A DNA stretch of 64,000 bases from a virus (lineage: Duplodnaviria; Caudoviricetes), in IMG/VR virus record IMGVR_UViG_3300021964_010723, one strand, 5' to 3'. This document shows positions 48,350 through 58,905 of this stretch, piece by piece. The position numbers were made by a program, and so were the translations under genes. Under the pieces are notes generated by a model, which worked only from the letters and a program-made list of their open reading frames with translations, was not told where the DNA came from and made no database searches. Numbering within the stretch: the stretch's first letter is position 1; each line of letters opens with the position of its first letter.

Positions 48350-50835
48350 AAAATATACTACGTGTAATCGATAATGACGTAATTTTTTTGTCTTACGATG
48401 AACCAAATGCTGAAAAGAACTATGCAGATTTATTAACAAAAATACCCTGGGCTAAACGAATACACGGTGTGCATGGTTCTGATTCTGCACATAAAGAATG
48501 TGCAAAGATAAGCGAAACAGAAAGATTGATAGTTATAGATGGTGACAATATTGTTGACGAAAATTTTGTAAACGAAGAAATAAATTTTATAAAGAATGTT
48601 GATATAACAAAAAATGTAATTAGTTGGCCAGGAAGGAATATTATAAATGGCTTAATTTATGGCAATGGCGGTATTAAATGTTGGGACAAGCAAACTTTGC
48701 TTGATATAAAAACGCACGAAAATGCCGATCCAAATAATATACATGCACAAGTTGATTTTTGTTGGGATATAGAATATATTACAATGCAAAAGTCAATGAG
48801 TGTTGTAGAAAATAACTTTACACCTCAACAAGCATGGCGAGCTGGGTTCCGAGAAGGTGTTAAAATGTGCTTGTTAGAAGGTGTTAAACCGTCTATAGAA
48901 GAATTTAATAAAATACATTGGAAAAATTTGCATAGATTGTACATATGGTGTATGACAGGACAAGATGTGAAAAATGGAATATATGCTATATTAGGCGCTA
49001 GGCAAGGTTTCTACAAAACTATGTGTACTGACTGGGATTTTATAAATGTTAGAGATTTTGCTTATTTAAATACTTTATGGAATGATGAATTAGAAGGTGT
49101 AGATGAAAATAGTGCTGCTGATCTTGCACAACAGTTTGGAGATAAAATTAAACAGCAGTTAGATATACCTATTTCTAGTTTACCATTAAGCATAGATCAA
49201 AGTAAATTCCATAAAACTACATTTACAAATAGCATTAGACCAAAGCATCCTTTGTTAGCTGCGGACAAAGAAACAGCAAGTTATGATATTGTAATGATAA
49301 CATACAACGAATTGAATGGCACAGAAAATTACAATAGATTAAAAGACAGATTTACAAATGTAAAAAGGATTCATAAAGTAAAAGGAATACATCAAGCCCA
49401 TATAGCAGCCGCAGAGATATGTGAGACTGATATGATGTGGGTAGTAGACGGTGATGCAGAAATTGTAGAAGATTTTTGTTTTGATTATATAGTTCCTAAC
49501 AATGAAAAACAGTTTGTACATGTTTGGCGCAGCAAAAATCCTATAAATGATTTAGAATATGGCTATGGAGGTGTAAAATTATTACCTACAGATATGACAC
49601 GTAATATGGATTTATCAAAACCAGACATGACCACAAGCATAAGTAGACATTTTAAGAAAATGGATCAGGTTAGTAATTATACACGATTTAACGTAGATAA
49701 GTTTACTACCTGGCGTAGTGCATTTAGAGAGTGTTGTAAATTAGCAAGTTCGGTAATTGATAGACAAAAACAGCAAGAAACAGATGAAAGATTAGAACGT
49801 TGGTGCAGTGATTATGGAAAAGATAGGCCATTTGGCGAATATGCAATATTAGGTGCAAATGAAGGCAAAGTATATGGTATCGAAAATGCTGGTAATTATG
49901 ATATGCTTGCTAAAATAAATGATTTTGATTGGCTTCTTTCTACATTTAATAATGAGGATACAAGTAATTTAATTAATCAAAATGAAAAAGATTTTGATTA
50001 TGATAAAGTTAATAATATAGAATTTATTCATGGTTTGCATGAATATGCAGTATATAAATCTGAAAAAAATGTAGCAGAAAATTTAGATAATATTTTGAAA
50101 ATACTATATTCTGACAATATTTCTAAACATTTAATTTTAGATGTTTTAATGAATAGTTCAGGTGAGAATACAAGGTATTTTAGATTTGTGAGAGATTTTG
50201 TAAAAAAAGGTAAAAATTTAAAAATTTTGTCCGATGCATTTAGTCGTAGTCAAATGCGTAGTAAAATTTGGTTAGTTGATGAATTAGCTAAAATAATGCC
50301 TAATCCACGTAATGTTGTATTAATGGCAGGATGGTATGGACAGTTAATTGATTTGTTTGGTGACAAAGATATAGATAAAATAACCTTTAGGAAATTTAGA
50401 AATATAGAGATAGATAAAGAATGTTGTATAGAAAGTGATTATAATTTTAATTTACGTAGACTAGAAGAGCATAAAGTTAAAGCAGTAAAAGCAGATATTA
50501 ATAATCTCACCCTACATGAAAATGGATACGAATGGGAAGTGGAAACTTTTAAAACTGGAGAAAAATATGTAGAAAAATTCTTACCAGATTTAATTATTAA
50601 TACAAGTTCTGAACATATGACAACCGAATGGTTTAATCAAATACGTTTTAAAAAATGGATAAAAAAACCTTTGGTTGTAATTCAAAATAATAATTTTTTT
50701 GGAATACCCGAACATGTAAATTGTGTGCATAGTGTTGATCATATGAAAAAAGTATTTCCTATGGAAGAAATATTATTTGAAGGAGAATTACAGCTTAAAG
50801 GTTATAAACGTGTAATGTTAATAGGGTATGCATGA
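48346..50835 (+). CDS. Fusion protein: two tandem glycosyltransferase-like (GT2-like) domains plus a C-terminal class I SAM-methyltransferase-like domain
   Basis: Duplicated domain: FLSYDEPNAEKNY/MITYNELNGTENY, RIHGVHG/RIHKVKG, VIDGD/VVDGD, YGNGGIK/YGYGGVK, AWRAGFRE/TWRSAFRE. C-terminal DAFSRSQMRSKIWL, VLMAGWYG, NIEID and LIINTSSEHM. Confidence 0.65.
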   Translation: MKNILRVIDNDVIFLSYDEPNAEKNYADLLTKIPWAKRIHGVHGSDSAHKECAKISETERLIVIDGDNIVDENFVNEEINFIKNVDITKNVISWPGRNIINGLIYGNGGIKCWDKQTLLDIKTHENADPNNIHAQVDFCWDIEYITMQKSMSVVENNFTPQQAWRAGFREGVKMCLLEGVKPSIEEFNKIHWKNLHRLYIWCMTGQDVKNGIYAILGARQGFYKTMCTDWDFINVRDFAYLNTLWNDELEGVDENSAADLAQQFGDKIKQQLDIPISSLPLSIDQSKFHKTTFTNSIRPKHPLLAADKETASYDIVMITYNELNGTENYNRLKDRFTNVKRIHKVKGIHQAHIAAAEICETDMMWVVDGDAEIVEDFCFDYIVPNNEKQFVHVWRSKNPINDLEYGYGGVKLLPTDMTRNMDLSKPDMTTSISRHFKKMDQVSNYTRFNVDKFTTWRSAFRECCKLASSVIDRQKQQETDERLERWCSDYGKDRPFGEYAILGANEGKVYGIENAGNYDMLAKINDFDWLLSTFNNEDTSNLINQNEKDFDYDKVNNIEFIHGLHEYAVYKSEKNVAENLDNILKILYSDNISKHLILDVLMNSSGENTRYFRFVRDFVKKGKNLKILSDAFSRSQMRSKIWLVDELAKIMPNPRNVVLMAGWYGQLIDLFGDKDIDKITFRKFRNIEIDKECCIESDYNFNLRRLEEHKVKAVKADINNLTLHENGYEWEVETFKTGEKYVEKFLPDLIINTSSEHMTTEWFNQIRFKKWIKKPLVVIQNNNFFGIPEHVNCVHSVDHMKKVFPMEEILFEGELQLKGYKRVMLIGYA

Positions 50836-51050
50836 ATTTAGAAAATTTTAGTCTAAGAAAGCTACAAAAAGAAAGTGCTCGTGCATTAGCTACAATAGAA
50901 GCTACAAACGATAGAATATATCAATTTAATAAGCAAGCGCATCATGACAGTCAAAATTGGTACAAAACTGTTATAACCTGGTATGTAGGTAAATATAATG
51001 GTCTTCCAAGTGAGATAGGTCCAGGAAAGGATATTAAGATAATATGTTAA
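50832..51050 (+). CDS. Small hypothetical protein
   Basis: 72 aa, overlap-coupled to both neighbours. Confidence 0.55.
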   Translation: MNLENFSLRKLQKESARALATIEATNDRIYQFNKQAHHDSQNWYKTVITWYVGKYNGLPSEIGPGKDIKIIC

Positions 51051-51781
51051 ATAAAGTCCCAAACATAATTGTTATAGGCTGTAGTTGGTCTAAATGGGGA
51101 GACAACGATTTTTTCAGCAATTCATCTTTAAAAAAAGATAGTGTAAGTAGTTGGCCATTATTGCTGAGTGAGCAATATGATTGTAATGTTGAAAATTTCT
51201 CGCTATTAGGTAACAGTATAGCTTTTCAGTTTTATACTTTTTTAGAAATTCTAAAAAATTACAAATTAGAAGAAATTGATTTAATAATTTTACAAATAAC
51301 ATCTTTTTATAGGCAATCTTTTAAAATATCAAATAGTAAGTTTCAAAAGACGAATATTAAAGAAGATTTAAAGATTATTACACCTAAATATAGAAGTTTA
51401 AAATGTGATAGAATTGAACATCATAATCCTTATGCTCCGGCAAAATTTTTTAATCTTGGTAATAAGTCATTTTTTAGAAGATTATGTACAATGAATGCAA
51501 AATATTCTATTAATGCTGCTATAGAATTTGAAATAGCATGGATTGATAAAATATTAATTTTATGTAAAGAAAAAAATATACCTTGTCTTCCTTGGCAATA
51601 TAGCAATGGAAATAACTTTTGGGAATATGAAAAAGCTGAGTTTATTCTTGAAAAAGAATTATCTAATAAATTATGGCAAAAGTTTATAGTAGATGAAGGA
51701 AAACATTTTAACACAAAAGGACAACAATATATATTAGATCATTTTTTGTTAGACAGAATACGTAAATATGTACAATTATGA
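51044..51781 (+). CDS. SGNH/GDSL hydrolase or acyltransferase-like protein
   Basis: Block I IVIGCSWS, SWP, block II NFSLLGNS, IILQIT and C-terminal DEGKHFN (DxxH). Confidence 0.65.
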   Translation: MLNKVPNIIVIGCSWSKWGDNDFFSNSSLKKDSVSSWPLLLSEQYDCNVENFSLLGNSIAFQFYTFLEILKNYKLEEIDLIILQITSFYRQSFKISNSKFQKTNIKEDLKIITPKYRSLKCDRIEHHNPYAPAKFFNLGNKSFFRRLCTMNAKYSINAAIEFEIAWIDKILILCKEKNIPCLPWQYSNGNNFWEYEKAEFILEKELSNKLWQKFIVDEGKHFNTKGQQYILDHFLLDRIRKYVQL

Positions 51782-52841
51782 AGATATAAAAACAATTCAT
51801 TTAGAAATAACACAAAATTGTCAAGCTTCATGTCCTATGTGTGATAGGAATCAAAATGGCGGCGCATTAAATCCTCATATTAATTTAGATGAATTAACAA
51901 TAGATGATGTAAAAAATATATTCACAGCAGATTTTATTTCGCAATTATCTACTATGTATATGTGTGGTAATTTAGGCGATCCTATTGTTGCTCGTGATAC
52001 TTTAGAAGTTTTTGAATATTTTAGGAGTAATAATTCTAAAATGTGGTTGAGTATGAATACAAATGCAGGTGCTAGAGATGAGAATTGGTGGCAAGAACTT
52101 GCTAAAATTTATGGCAGGATGGGTGCTGTTATTTTTAGTGTAGATGGATTGCAAGATACAAATCATATTTATAGGCAAGGTGTAGTTTGGGAAAATGTAG
52201 AACGGTCTATGCGTAGTTTTACAGGTGCAGGAGGTAGAGGCCGCTGGGATTTTTTAATTTTTGATCATAACCAACATCAAGTAGAAGAAGCAGAACGGTT
52301 AAGTAAAGAATGGGGTTTTGAAAAATTTATTAAGAAAAAAACTGGACGGTTTGTAACAGCAAATGTTGAAGCAAAGGACACACATCAAGCAGTCAACAAA
52401 AAAGGTAAAAAGACTGCAGAGATAGCAAAACCTAAAGATGAATTTCAAAATATTGCAATTAAAAATTTACCAATATTATTAGAAAAATATGGCACTATGC
52501 ATAATTATTATAATAAAGTACCAATTTTTTGTAAAGTAAAAAAAGATGGTAGTTTATTCATTACTGCAGAAGGCTTAGCATTACCTTGTTGTTGGACAGC
52601 CGGCCGTATGTATAAATGGTGGCATGAAGACCCTAAAATAGAACAAATATGGAGTTTTATTGATAACAAATCTAAAATTAATGCAAAGAATGGGTTACAT
52701 CAAGTATTTGCCAGTGGAATTTTTGAAACTATAGAACAAAGTTGGAAGAAAACTTCTTGTGATAATGGAAGATTAAAAGTTTGTGCAATGAAATGTGGAG
52801 TAGAATTTGATCCTTTTTCCGCTCAATTTATAAAAAGTTAA
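51768..52841 (+). CDS. Radical SAM protein with C-terminal SPASM/twitch-like domain
   Basis: CQASCPMC, MCGNLGDP, TNAG and FSVDG, then C...ITAEGLALPCC...C...C. Confidence 0.9.
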   Translation: MYNYEDIKTIHLEITQNCQASCPMCDRNQNGGALNPHINLDELTIDDVKNIFTADFISQLSTMYMCGNLGDPIVARDTLEVFEYFRSNNSKMWLSMNTNAGARDENWWQELAKIYGRMGAVIFSVDGLQDTNHIYRQGVVWENVERSMRSFTGAGGRGRWDFLIFDHNQHQVEEAERLSKEWGFEKFIKKKTGRFVTANVEAKDTHQAVNKKGKKTAEIAKPKDEFQNIAIKNLPILLEKYGTMHNYYNKVPIFCKVKKDGSLFITAEGLALPCCWTAGRMYKWWHEDPKIEQIWSFIDNKSKINAKNGLHQVFASGIFETIEQSWKKTSCDNGRLKVCAMKCGVEFDPFSAQFIKS

Positions 52842-52857
52842 TATGGGAAAAAAATAA

Positions 52858-54264
52858 ATGACAAATATATCTAAAACATTTTGTGTTTTACCTTGGATAC
52901 ATTTAAGCAGTCGGCCAGATGGTAAAATGCGAACTTGTTGCACGTCTAACGCAAGTTCAGTGCAAAGTTCTGACAGTAGTAAGAAAATTGGAGGAGGAGA
53001 AGTAGGAGTAGTAAAAAATGACGACGGTATACCTGCAAATTTTAATCATACTTCTTTAGAAAATGCATGGAATTCTTCTTATATGCGTAATGTTAGAAAA
53101 AAAATGCTTGCAGGAGAAAAACCTGACAGTTGTTTGAAATGTTACAAAGAAGAAGATGCAGGACATTTAAGTAAAAGAAATTGGGAAACTGAATATTGGA
53201 GTCATAGATATGATATTGGCAAGCTAATCAAGGATACTAATGCTGACGGAACCATACCTACAAAAATTAGATATATTGATTTACGTATGGGTTCAAAATG
53301 TCAACTTGCTTGTGTTATGTGCTCTCCGCATGATAGCTCTGGATGGATAACTGATTGGCAATCAATATATCCTAAAATAGAAAATAAAAAATTAAAAAAT
53401 ACAAGTCAATGGAAAAATAAAGGACAAGTTCACGGCGCAAGTTATAATTGGCATAAAAACAATCCTAAATTTTGGAAAGAATTAATGGAACAAGTTCCTA
53501 ATATGTATCAGTTGTATTTTGCAGGGGGCGAAAGTTTAATAATTGATGAGCATTATGAGCTATTAGAAGAATGTATTAAAAGAAATTATGCAAAAAACAT
53601 TGAATTAAGATATAATTCTAATGCAGTAGAATGGAGAGAAGATTTATTTGATTTGTGGAAGGAATTCAAAAGAGTTAGATTTCATTATAGCATAGACGCA
53701 CATGGAGAGCAAAATGATTACATACGATTTCCTAGTAATTGGACGCATCAAGAGAAAGTGTTTCATTTATTAGATAATTCTCCAGATCAAGTTGAAGTTA
53801 CCACAGCTACTACAATATTAGCTTTAAATATTGCTTATATTCCAGAATTTGTAAAATGGAAAGTTTCTCAAGGATTTAAAAAAATCAATCAATGGCCATT
53901 AGGTGCAGGAGGAATAAATATGCATTTTGCTTATTGGCCTCCTCAATTAAATGTTAAAGTTTTACCAAAAAATATTAAAAAACAAATAACTGAAAAATAT
54001 GAGAAAGAATTTTATCCGTGGATAGATGAAAATTGGAATAAATTTACTGGAGTAGCAGAAAACAATATTTCTTATGATGAATTTCAAAATGCACCATACG
54101 GTAAAAAAAGATTCAAAGGAATTATAAATTTTATGAATGCTGAAGATTGGAGTGAAAGGCTACCTGAAACAAAAGAATATTTAAATTTAGTTAACGAACA
54201 AAGAGGATGGACTAACAAATTTTTACAAGTATTTCCTATTTTTGAGGAGATAATATATGGGTAA
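52858..54264 (+). CDS. Radical SAM protein with N-terminal twitch/SPASM-like domain
   Basis: FCVLPWIH...TCC...CLKC precedes DLRMGSKCQLACVMC; FAGGESL, YNSN and SIDA. Confidence 0.9.
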   Translation: MTNISKTFCVLPWIHLSSRPDGKMRTCCTSNASSVQSSDSSKKIGGGEVGVVKNDDGIPANFNHTSLENAWNSSYMRNVRKKMLAGEKPDSCLKCYKEEDAGHLSKRNWETEYWSHRYDIGKLIKDTNADGTIPTKIRYIDLRMGSKCQLACVMCSPHDSSGWITDWQSIYPKIENKKLKNTSQWKNKGQVHGASYNWHKNNPKFWKELMEQVPNMYQLYFAGGESLIIDEHYELLEECIKRNYAKNIELRYNSNAVEWREDLFDLWKEFKRVRFHYSIDAHGEQNDYIRFPSNWTHQEKVFHLLDNSPDQVEVTTATTILALNIAYIPEFVKWKVSQGFKKINQWPLGAGGINMHFAYWPPQLNVKVLPKNIKKQITEKYEKEFYPWIDENWNKFTGVAENNISYDEFQNAPYGKKRFKGIINFMNAEDWSERLPETKEYLNLVNEQRGWTNKFLQVFPIFEEIIYG

Positions 54265-55435
54265 GGATATTTGCTCTGCAGTTCATCATGGTTTATGTAT
54301 CACTGCTTACGGCGCAGTAAATCCTTGTTGTGCTACAACACAAGATTTTTCTAATTTAGAAAATACTTCAAATCTTGTTGATTATTTTTATAATGATGTA
54401 GAATTAGAAAAAGCTAGGAAAATAGAAATCGAAACCGAAGAATGGTTAGAAGCTTGTAAAGGTTGCGAAATAAAATCAAAATCTGGGCTAGTATCTCGAA
54501 AAGATAAATTTTCTAATTGGTACAGATTCGTAAATCCTAAATGGACAGCAGAAAACAAACATGAGATACTTCATATGGATATAAGTTTTGGAAATTCTTG
54601 TAACCAAAAATGTATTATGTGCAATAGCAACTTTTCAAGTCAATGGTTAGATGATGATTTAGAAATGAAAGAAACTGCTCCATATATAAGGAATTGGAAT
54701 GGACTTAAATTAAAAAATTGGAGTTTGACATATGAGTATTTAGATCAAATTGCACTATTAGTAACAGATAAAACGCAAAAAATAGAAATTAAGGGCGGGG
54801 AACCTTTATATGATAAGAGATTTGAATATTTTGTATTAAAAGTTTTAGAGGTTAATGAGAATGTTATGTTTAATGTTAATACAAATGGTACACATTTTAG
54901 TATGAAAAATATAGAAATGCTGAATAAAATTAAAAATATTAACATTGATATTAGTTTTGACGGTATAAACAAAATATATGAATGGATAAGGGGGACTGAA
55001 TGGAAAAGGTCAGAAGAAAATTTCCAAACATACCTGCAACATTGTAAACATTCTTGCAACTTAAATTATACCACTAGTATGTATAATATAGATCATTTTG
55101 AAATTTTTTACAATTGGGCAGCAGATTTATCCGAAAAATATAAAAAAGCTGTTCCTTGTCTTTTTACCCAAGTAGTTATGACTCCATCTTTTCAACAAAT
55201 TATGTACGCTGATAAAAGAAGAATACATCAAGGCTTAGAGCAGATAGAGCGTATTAAATACGATCCTCGAGGAACGCAATCAAGTACTAATTTATTTAGA
55301 CCAAGATTAGAAATTATTCAAAAATATTTAGAAAATCAATTATCTAAAACTGCTGATATTAACATATTTGAAAAAGCACATAATCATTTTGTAAAAATTA
55401 GGGGCTGGGATATAAGAGATTATGTTAACTTGTAA
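54257..55435 (+). CDS. Radical SAM protein with N-terminal twitch/SPASM-like domain
   Basis: ICSAVH...PCC...CKGC; SCNQKCIMC, KGGEPL, NTNG and SFDG. Confidence 0.9.
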   Translation: MGKDICSAVHHGLCITAYGAVNPCCATTQDFSNLENTSNLVDYFYNDVELEKARKIEIETEEWLEACKGCEIKSKSGLVSRKDKFSNWYRFVNPKWTAENKHEILHMDISFGNSCNQKCIMCNSNFSSQWLDDDLEMKETAPYIRNWNGLKLKNWSLTYEYLDQIALLVTDKTQKIEIKGGEPLYDKRFEYFVLKVLEVNENVMFNVNTNGTHFSMKNIEMLNKIKNINIDISFDGINKIYEWIRGTEWKRSEENFQTYLQHCKHSCNLNYTTSMYNIDHFEIFYNWAADLSEKYKKAVPCLFTQVVMTPSFQQIMYADKRRIHQGLEQIERIKYDPRGTQSSTNLFRPRLEIIQKYLENQLSKTADINIFEKAHNHFVKIRGWDIRDYVNL

Positions 55436-56582
55436 GGTACCTTGGATCTCAATTACATTAAGCGGTAATGGAGACATTAAGCCGTGTTGTGTGTTTAAAG
55501 GAGGAGAGCATAGTATTCATAAAGGAGATACGCTTGACTCGACGTGGAAAGATTTTGATAAACTTCGTGAACAATTTATTAAAGGATATAAACCTGATAA
55601 ATGTAATCAATGTTGGAAAAGAGAAGAAACATTAGGATACAGTAGAAGAACATGGTATGATGATAAAATAAAAATTTGGCCAGAAACTTTTGATTTAAAT
55701 CCTACAATGGAATTACGACATATGGATTTAAATTTTGGAAATACTTGTAATTTAAAATGTCGTATGTGTGGTAGTTGGGGCAGTACTGCATGGTTTAAAG
55801 AAGAAGAAAAACTAATGTCTTGTAATCCTGCATTACAAAGAGGAGTATCAAATCTTAAACCTACAATAATACCTGCTGATTATTGGGCTGATAAAAAAAC
55901 GATGTTTCGATTTTTAGAACGAATAGATTTTAAGGGCGGAGAACCGATGATGCAAGAAGGTATGTATGATTTCCTTGAGTATCTTGTTTCATGGGGATAT
56001 GCATCTAACATAACTATTGCTTATACAACAAATGGTACTAAAACTCCTGAAAGGTTAAAAGAGCTTTGGCCAAAGTTTAAGAAAGTAAAATTAGTAATAA
56101 GTGTCGAAGCAACTGGTAAATTGTATGAATATATTAGAGGCGGCGACGTTCAATCTATAGATTCCTTAAAAGATAACATACATTGGTTTGATCAATTTAA
56201 TAATTTAAATGGTAGTTTTAACAGTGCTATACAAATTTATAATATATTTGCTTTACCAAAATTACTTGAATGGTTTAGAGATACTGTAAATGCTAGCAAA
56301 AAATGGCACACAGATCCAAATACTTTTAAATTTGATTGTTTAGTAGTTAATCCGCCGTATTTAGATATAAACATTATGCCAAACAGTTTAAAGAACAAAG
56401 CTATCTCAATAATAGAAGAAAAGAATTATAAAAGCCTTGGTGTTATAAAAAGTGCATTACAGAAAAAAAATACTTTTAATGATTATAACTGGAAATTGTT
56501 TATAGATTTTACCAAACAATTAGATAAAATGCGGCATACAGATATTAAAGAAGTTGTTCCTGAGTTACAGGAGTATTTTTAA
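55422..56582 (+). CDS. Radical SAM protein with N-terminal twitch/SPASM-like domain
   Basis: CKVPW...PCC...CNQC; TCNLKCRMC, KGGEPM, TTNG and SVEA. Confidence 0.9.
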   Translation: MLTCKVPWISITLSGNGDIKPCCVFKGGEHSIHKGDTLDSTWKDFDKLREQFIKGYKPDKCNQCWKREETLGYSRRTWYDDKIKIWPETFDLNPTMELRHMDLNFGNTCNLKCRMCGSWGSTAWFKEEEKLMSCNPALQRGVSNLKPTIIPADYWADKKTMFRFLERIDFKGGEPMMQEGMYDFLEYLVSWGYASNITIAYTTNGTKTPERLKELWPKFKKVKLVISVEATGKLYEYIRGGDVQSIDSLKDNIHWFDQFNNLNGSFNSAIQIYNIFALPKLLEWFRDTVNASKKWHTDPNTFKFDCLVVNPPYLDINIMPNSLKNKAISIIEEKNYKSLGVIKSALQKKNTFNDYNWKLFIDFTKQLDKMRHTDIKEVVPELQEYF

Positions 56583-57796
56583 TGTTTACTTTGAAAAATA
56601 GCTGTGTTTATATGAATAATTTTCCTTTCATTAATAATAAAGGACAATTAAAGCTTTGTTGTAAAAATAATACGTATACAATGGAAGGAAATATCAAAAC
56701 TCATTCGTTAAAAGAAATGTATTTTAGTTCTTTATACAATGAGTTAAGGGATAAAATGTTAGCAGAAAAGGTTATAGAAGGATGTGATATTTGTTATTCA
56801 CAAGAAGCTCGTAACGAAGATAGTTTTAGAATTAGAGCTTTGACAAATATTACTAGAGAAGATAGAGATAAGATAGTTCCCTTTCCAAAAGTAAAGATAC
56901 AAAATTTAGATCTAAGGATAGGTTCTACTTGTAATTTAATGTGTTCAATGTGTCATCCTACAGATAGTAGTAAATGGTATGCAAATTATGAAACATTTGC
57001 AAAAGAAGTTCATAATAAAAGTGACAATCATGTGAACATTATTAAATCAACAAATATTCCAACTGATTTAAATTGGGCAACATATGACGAAAGTTGGGAT
57101 AATATTTTTAAAAGTATTGATGATGAATTAAATTTTGTTTACATTGCGGGAGGAGAGCCTTTTTATATTAAAAAATTTCCTGAGTATTTAACACATTTAA
57201 TTGAAAAATCTCCTAATGCAATAATTGAAATAAACACCAATTCAACTGCTGCTATTCCAGAAAAGTATTTAGATAAATTAAAAGGAAAGTTACAATTACG
57301 TATTAGTATAGATGGTTTTAGAAAAACAGAAGAATATCAACGTGCAGGTACAAATTGGAATGAGAAAATTAAGATAATTGATTCATATTCAAAATATTTT
57401 GAAATTAAATGTTTTGATATTACTCTAACAAGTTTTACTATTAGATCTTTGCCTTCTCTTGTAAGTTTTTTAGAAAATAGATATCCAAAAGTTCGTTTTT
57501 TATTTAGACCTGTTGTAAATAGGCAAGGTCAAGATATTAGAAGTGTACCTAAAAAATTTTTAAGTCATGTAAAAACATTTTGTAAGGAAAAACAAGAAAT
57601 AATTAATGAAAATAAGGAAATGCGCTGGCATTATAACAATATTAATCAAATTTTAAATTTTTTAAATCAAGATTATATTGATGAAAAAGAAACATTACAA
57701 AAACTTGTAAAATATTGGGATGATTTAACAGGAATACATTTTAAATCTTTTGATACAGAATTTGGAAATTGGATAAATGAAAACCATAGCAGTTGA
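56582..57796 (+). CDS. Radical SAM protein with N-terminal twitch/SPASM-like domain
   Basis: SCVY...LCC...CDIC; TCNLMCSMC, AGGEPF, NTN and SIDG. Confidence 0.9.
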   Translation: MFTLKNSCVYMNNFPFINNKGQLKLCCKNNTYTMEGNIKTHSLKEMYFSSLYNELRDKMLAEKVIEGCDICYSQEARNEDSFRIRALTNITREDRDKIVPFPKVKIQNLDLRIGSTCNLMCSMCHPTDSSKWYANYETFAKEVHNKSDNHVNIIKSTNIPTDLNWATYDESWDNIFKSIDDELNFVYIAGGEPFYIKKFPEYLTHLIEKSPNAIIEINTNSTAAIPEKYLDKLKGKLQLRISIDGFRKTEEYQRAGTNWNEKIKIIDSYSKYFEIKCFDITLTSFTIRSLPSLVSFLENRYPKVRFLFRPVVNRQGQDIRSVPKKFLSHVKTFCKEKQEIINENKEMRWHYNNINQILNFLNQDYIDEKETLQKLVKYWDDLTGIHFKSFDTEFGNWINENHSS

Positions 57797-58523
57797 GCAT
57801 AGTAGTCCTAATCAAAGTAAAATTTTTAAAATAGAATGGAATTTAGGAAAACGTTGTAATTTTAATTGTAGCTATTGTGATGAATATACTCATGATAATT
57901 ATAGTAAGCATATACCTTTTGATATAGCAAAAAAAACTATAGATAAAATTATGGCTAAAACGCAAAATAAAAAAATTAAAATAAATTTAACAGGCGGAGA
58001 ACCTACGGTAAATCCTGATATTGAAGAAATAATTTCTTATATGTATGATAATAATATAGATATAGGAATAACAACAAATGGAAGTAGGAAGCTAAATTTT
58101 TATCAAAAAATACTGCCAAAATTAGCAAGCTTAATATTTAGTTATCATATGGAATATCATGCAAGAGAAGTCCTTCCGGAAAATATTGTTGAAATATATA
58201 ATCTTGCTCAACAACAAAAAAAATATATTCACGTGCATGTTCATATGATGATGCTACCTACAAAATTTGATGAAGCAATTAATGCGTTTGATTTTTTTAA
58301 ACAGAATTCAGTTCCTGTTGTCATGCGCCGAATTAGACCAGCTTACAAAAAGGATAATGATGCAATTTATGAAAATAAAAAACTTATAGCTGGTAATATT
58401 GCAAGGCCTTTTTATGACGGTGTTGTTACATTGAAAATGACCCCAAATGGACCAGATTATTCAGGTGCTGATGATTATTATAGTAATGATGAGATAACAT
58501 ATTTAGAAAATAACAATGTATAA
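57777..58523 (+). CDS. Radical SAM protein, core only
   Basis: WNLGKRCNFNCSYC, LTGGEPT, TTNGSR and FSYH; no Cys-rich auxiliary domain in this ORF. Confidence 0.9.
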   Translation: MKTIAVEHSSPNQSKIFKIEWNLGKRCNFNCSYCDEYTHDNYSKHIPFDIAKKTIDKIMAKTQNKKIKINLTGGEPTVNPDIEEIISYMYDNNIDIGITTNGSRKLNFYQKILPKLASLIFSYHMEYHAREVLPENIVEIYNLAQQQKKYIHVHVHMMMLPTKFDEAINAFDFFKQNSVPVVMRRIRPAYKKDNDAIYENKKLIAGNIARPFYDGVVTLKMTPNGPDYSGADDYYSNDEITYLENNNV

Positions 58524-58905
58524 AATACTTAAAAATCAAAATAAAGCAGGTAGTTTTACGAATGTCGCTACTATAAGAAAAGATGGAAATGATATTTTTT
58601 ATGTAGAAGAAAATGTAAATGATATCACTGTAAGGCGAGAAAATCAGTATAAAGGTTGGTTGTGCTGGTCAGGTATCGAAAGTTTAATGATAGATGCAGA
58701 CGGAAATGTTTTTACTGCAACTTGTAGGACAAAAAAGTTAGGCAACATATATACCGAGTTTACTCTACCCGATGAACCCATTATATGTACAAAAAATTGG
58801 TGTGCTTGTGCAGCCGATTTAAATACAAGTAAAGCAATTGATATAGAATCAGCAAAATTATTAAGGAGGGCTAATAATGCATATTCTCGAACGTTGGGAA
58901 GCTAG
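58516..58905 (+). CDS. Stand-alone SPASM-like Fe-S domain (probably the split C-terminus of the preceding radical SAM)
   Basis: KGWLCWSGIESLMIDADGNVFTATC...LGNI...IICTKNWCACAAD. Confidence 0.75.
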   Translation: MYKILKNQNKAGSFTNVATIRKDGNDIFYVEENVNDITVRRENQYKGWLCWSGIESLMIDADGNVFTATCRTKKLGNIYTEFTLPDEPIICTKNWCACAADLNTSKAIDIESAKLLRRANNAYSRTLGS

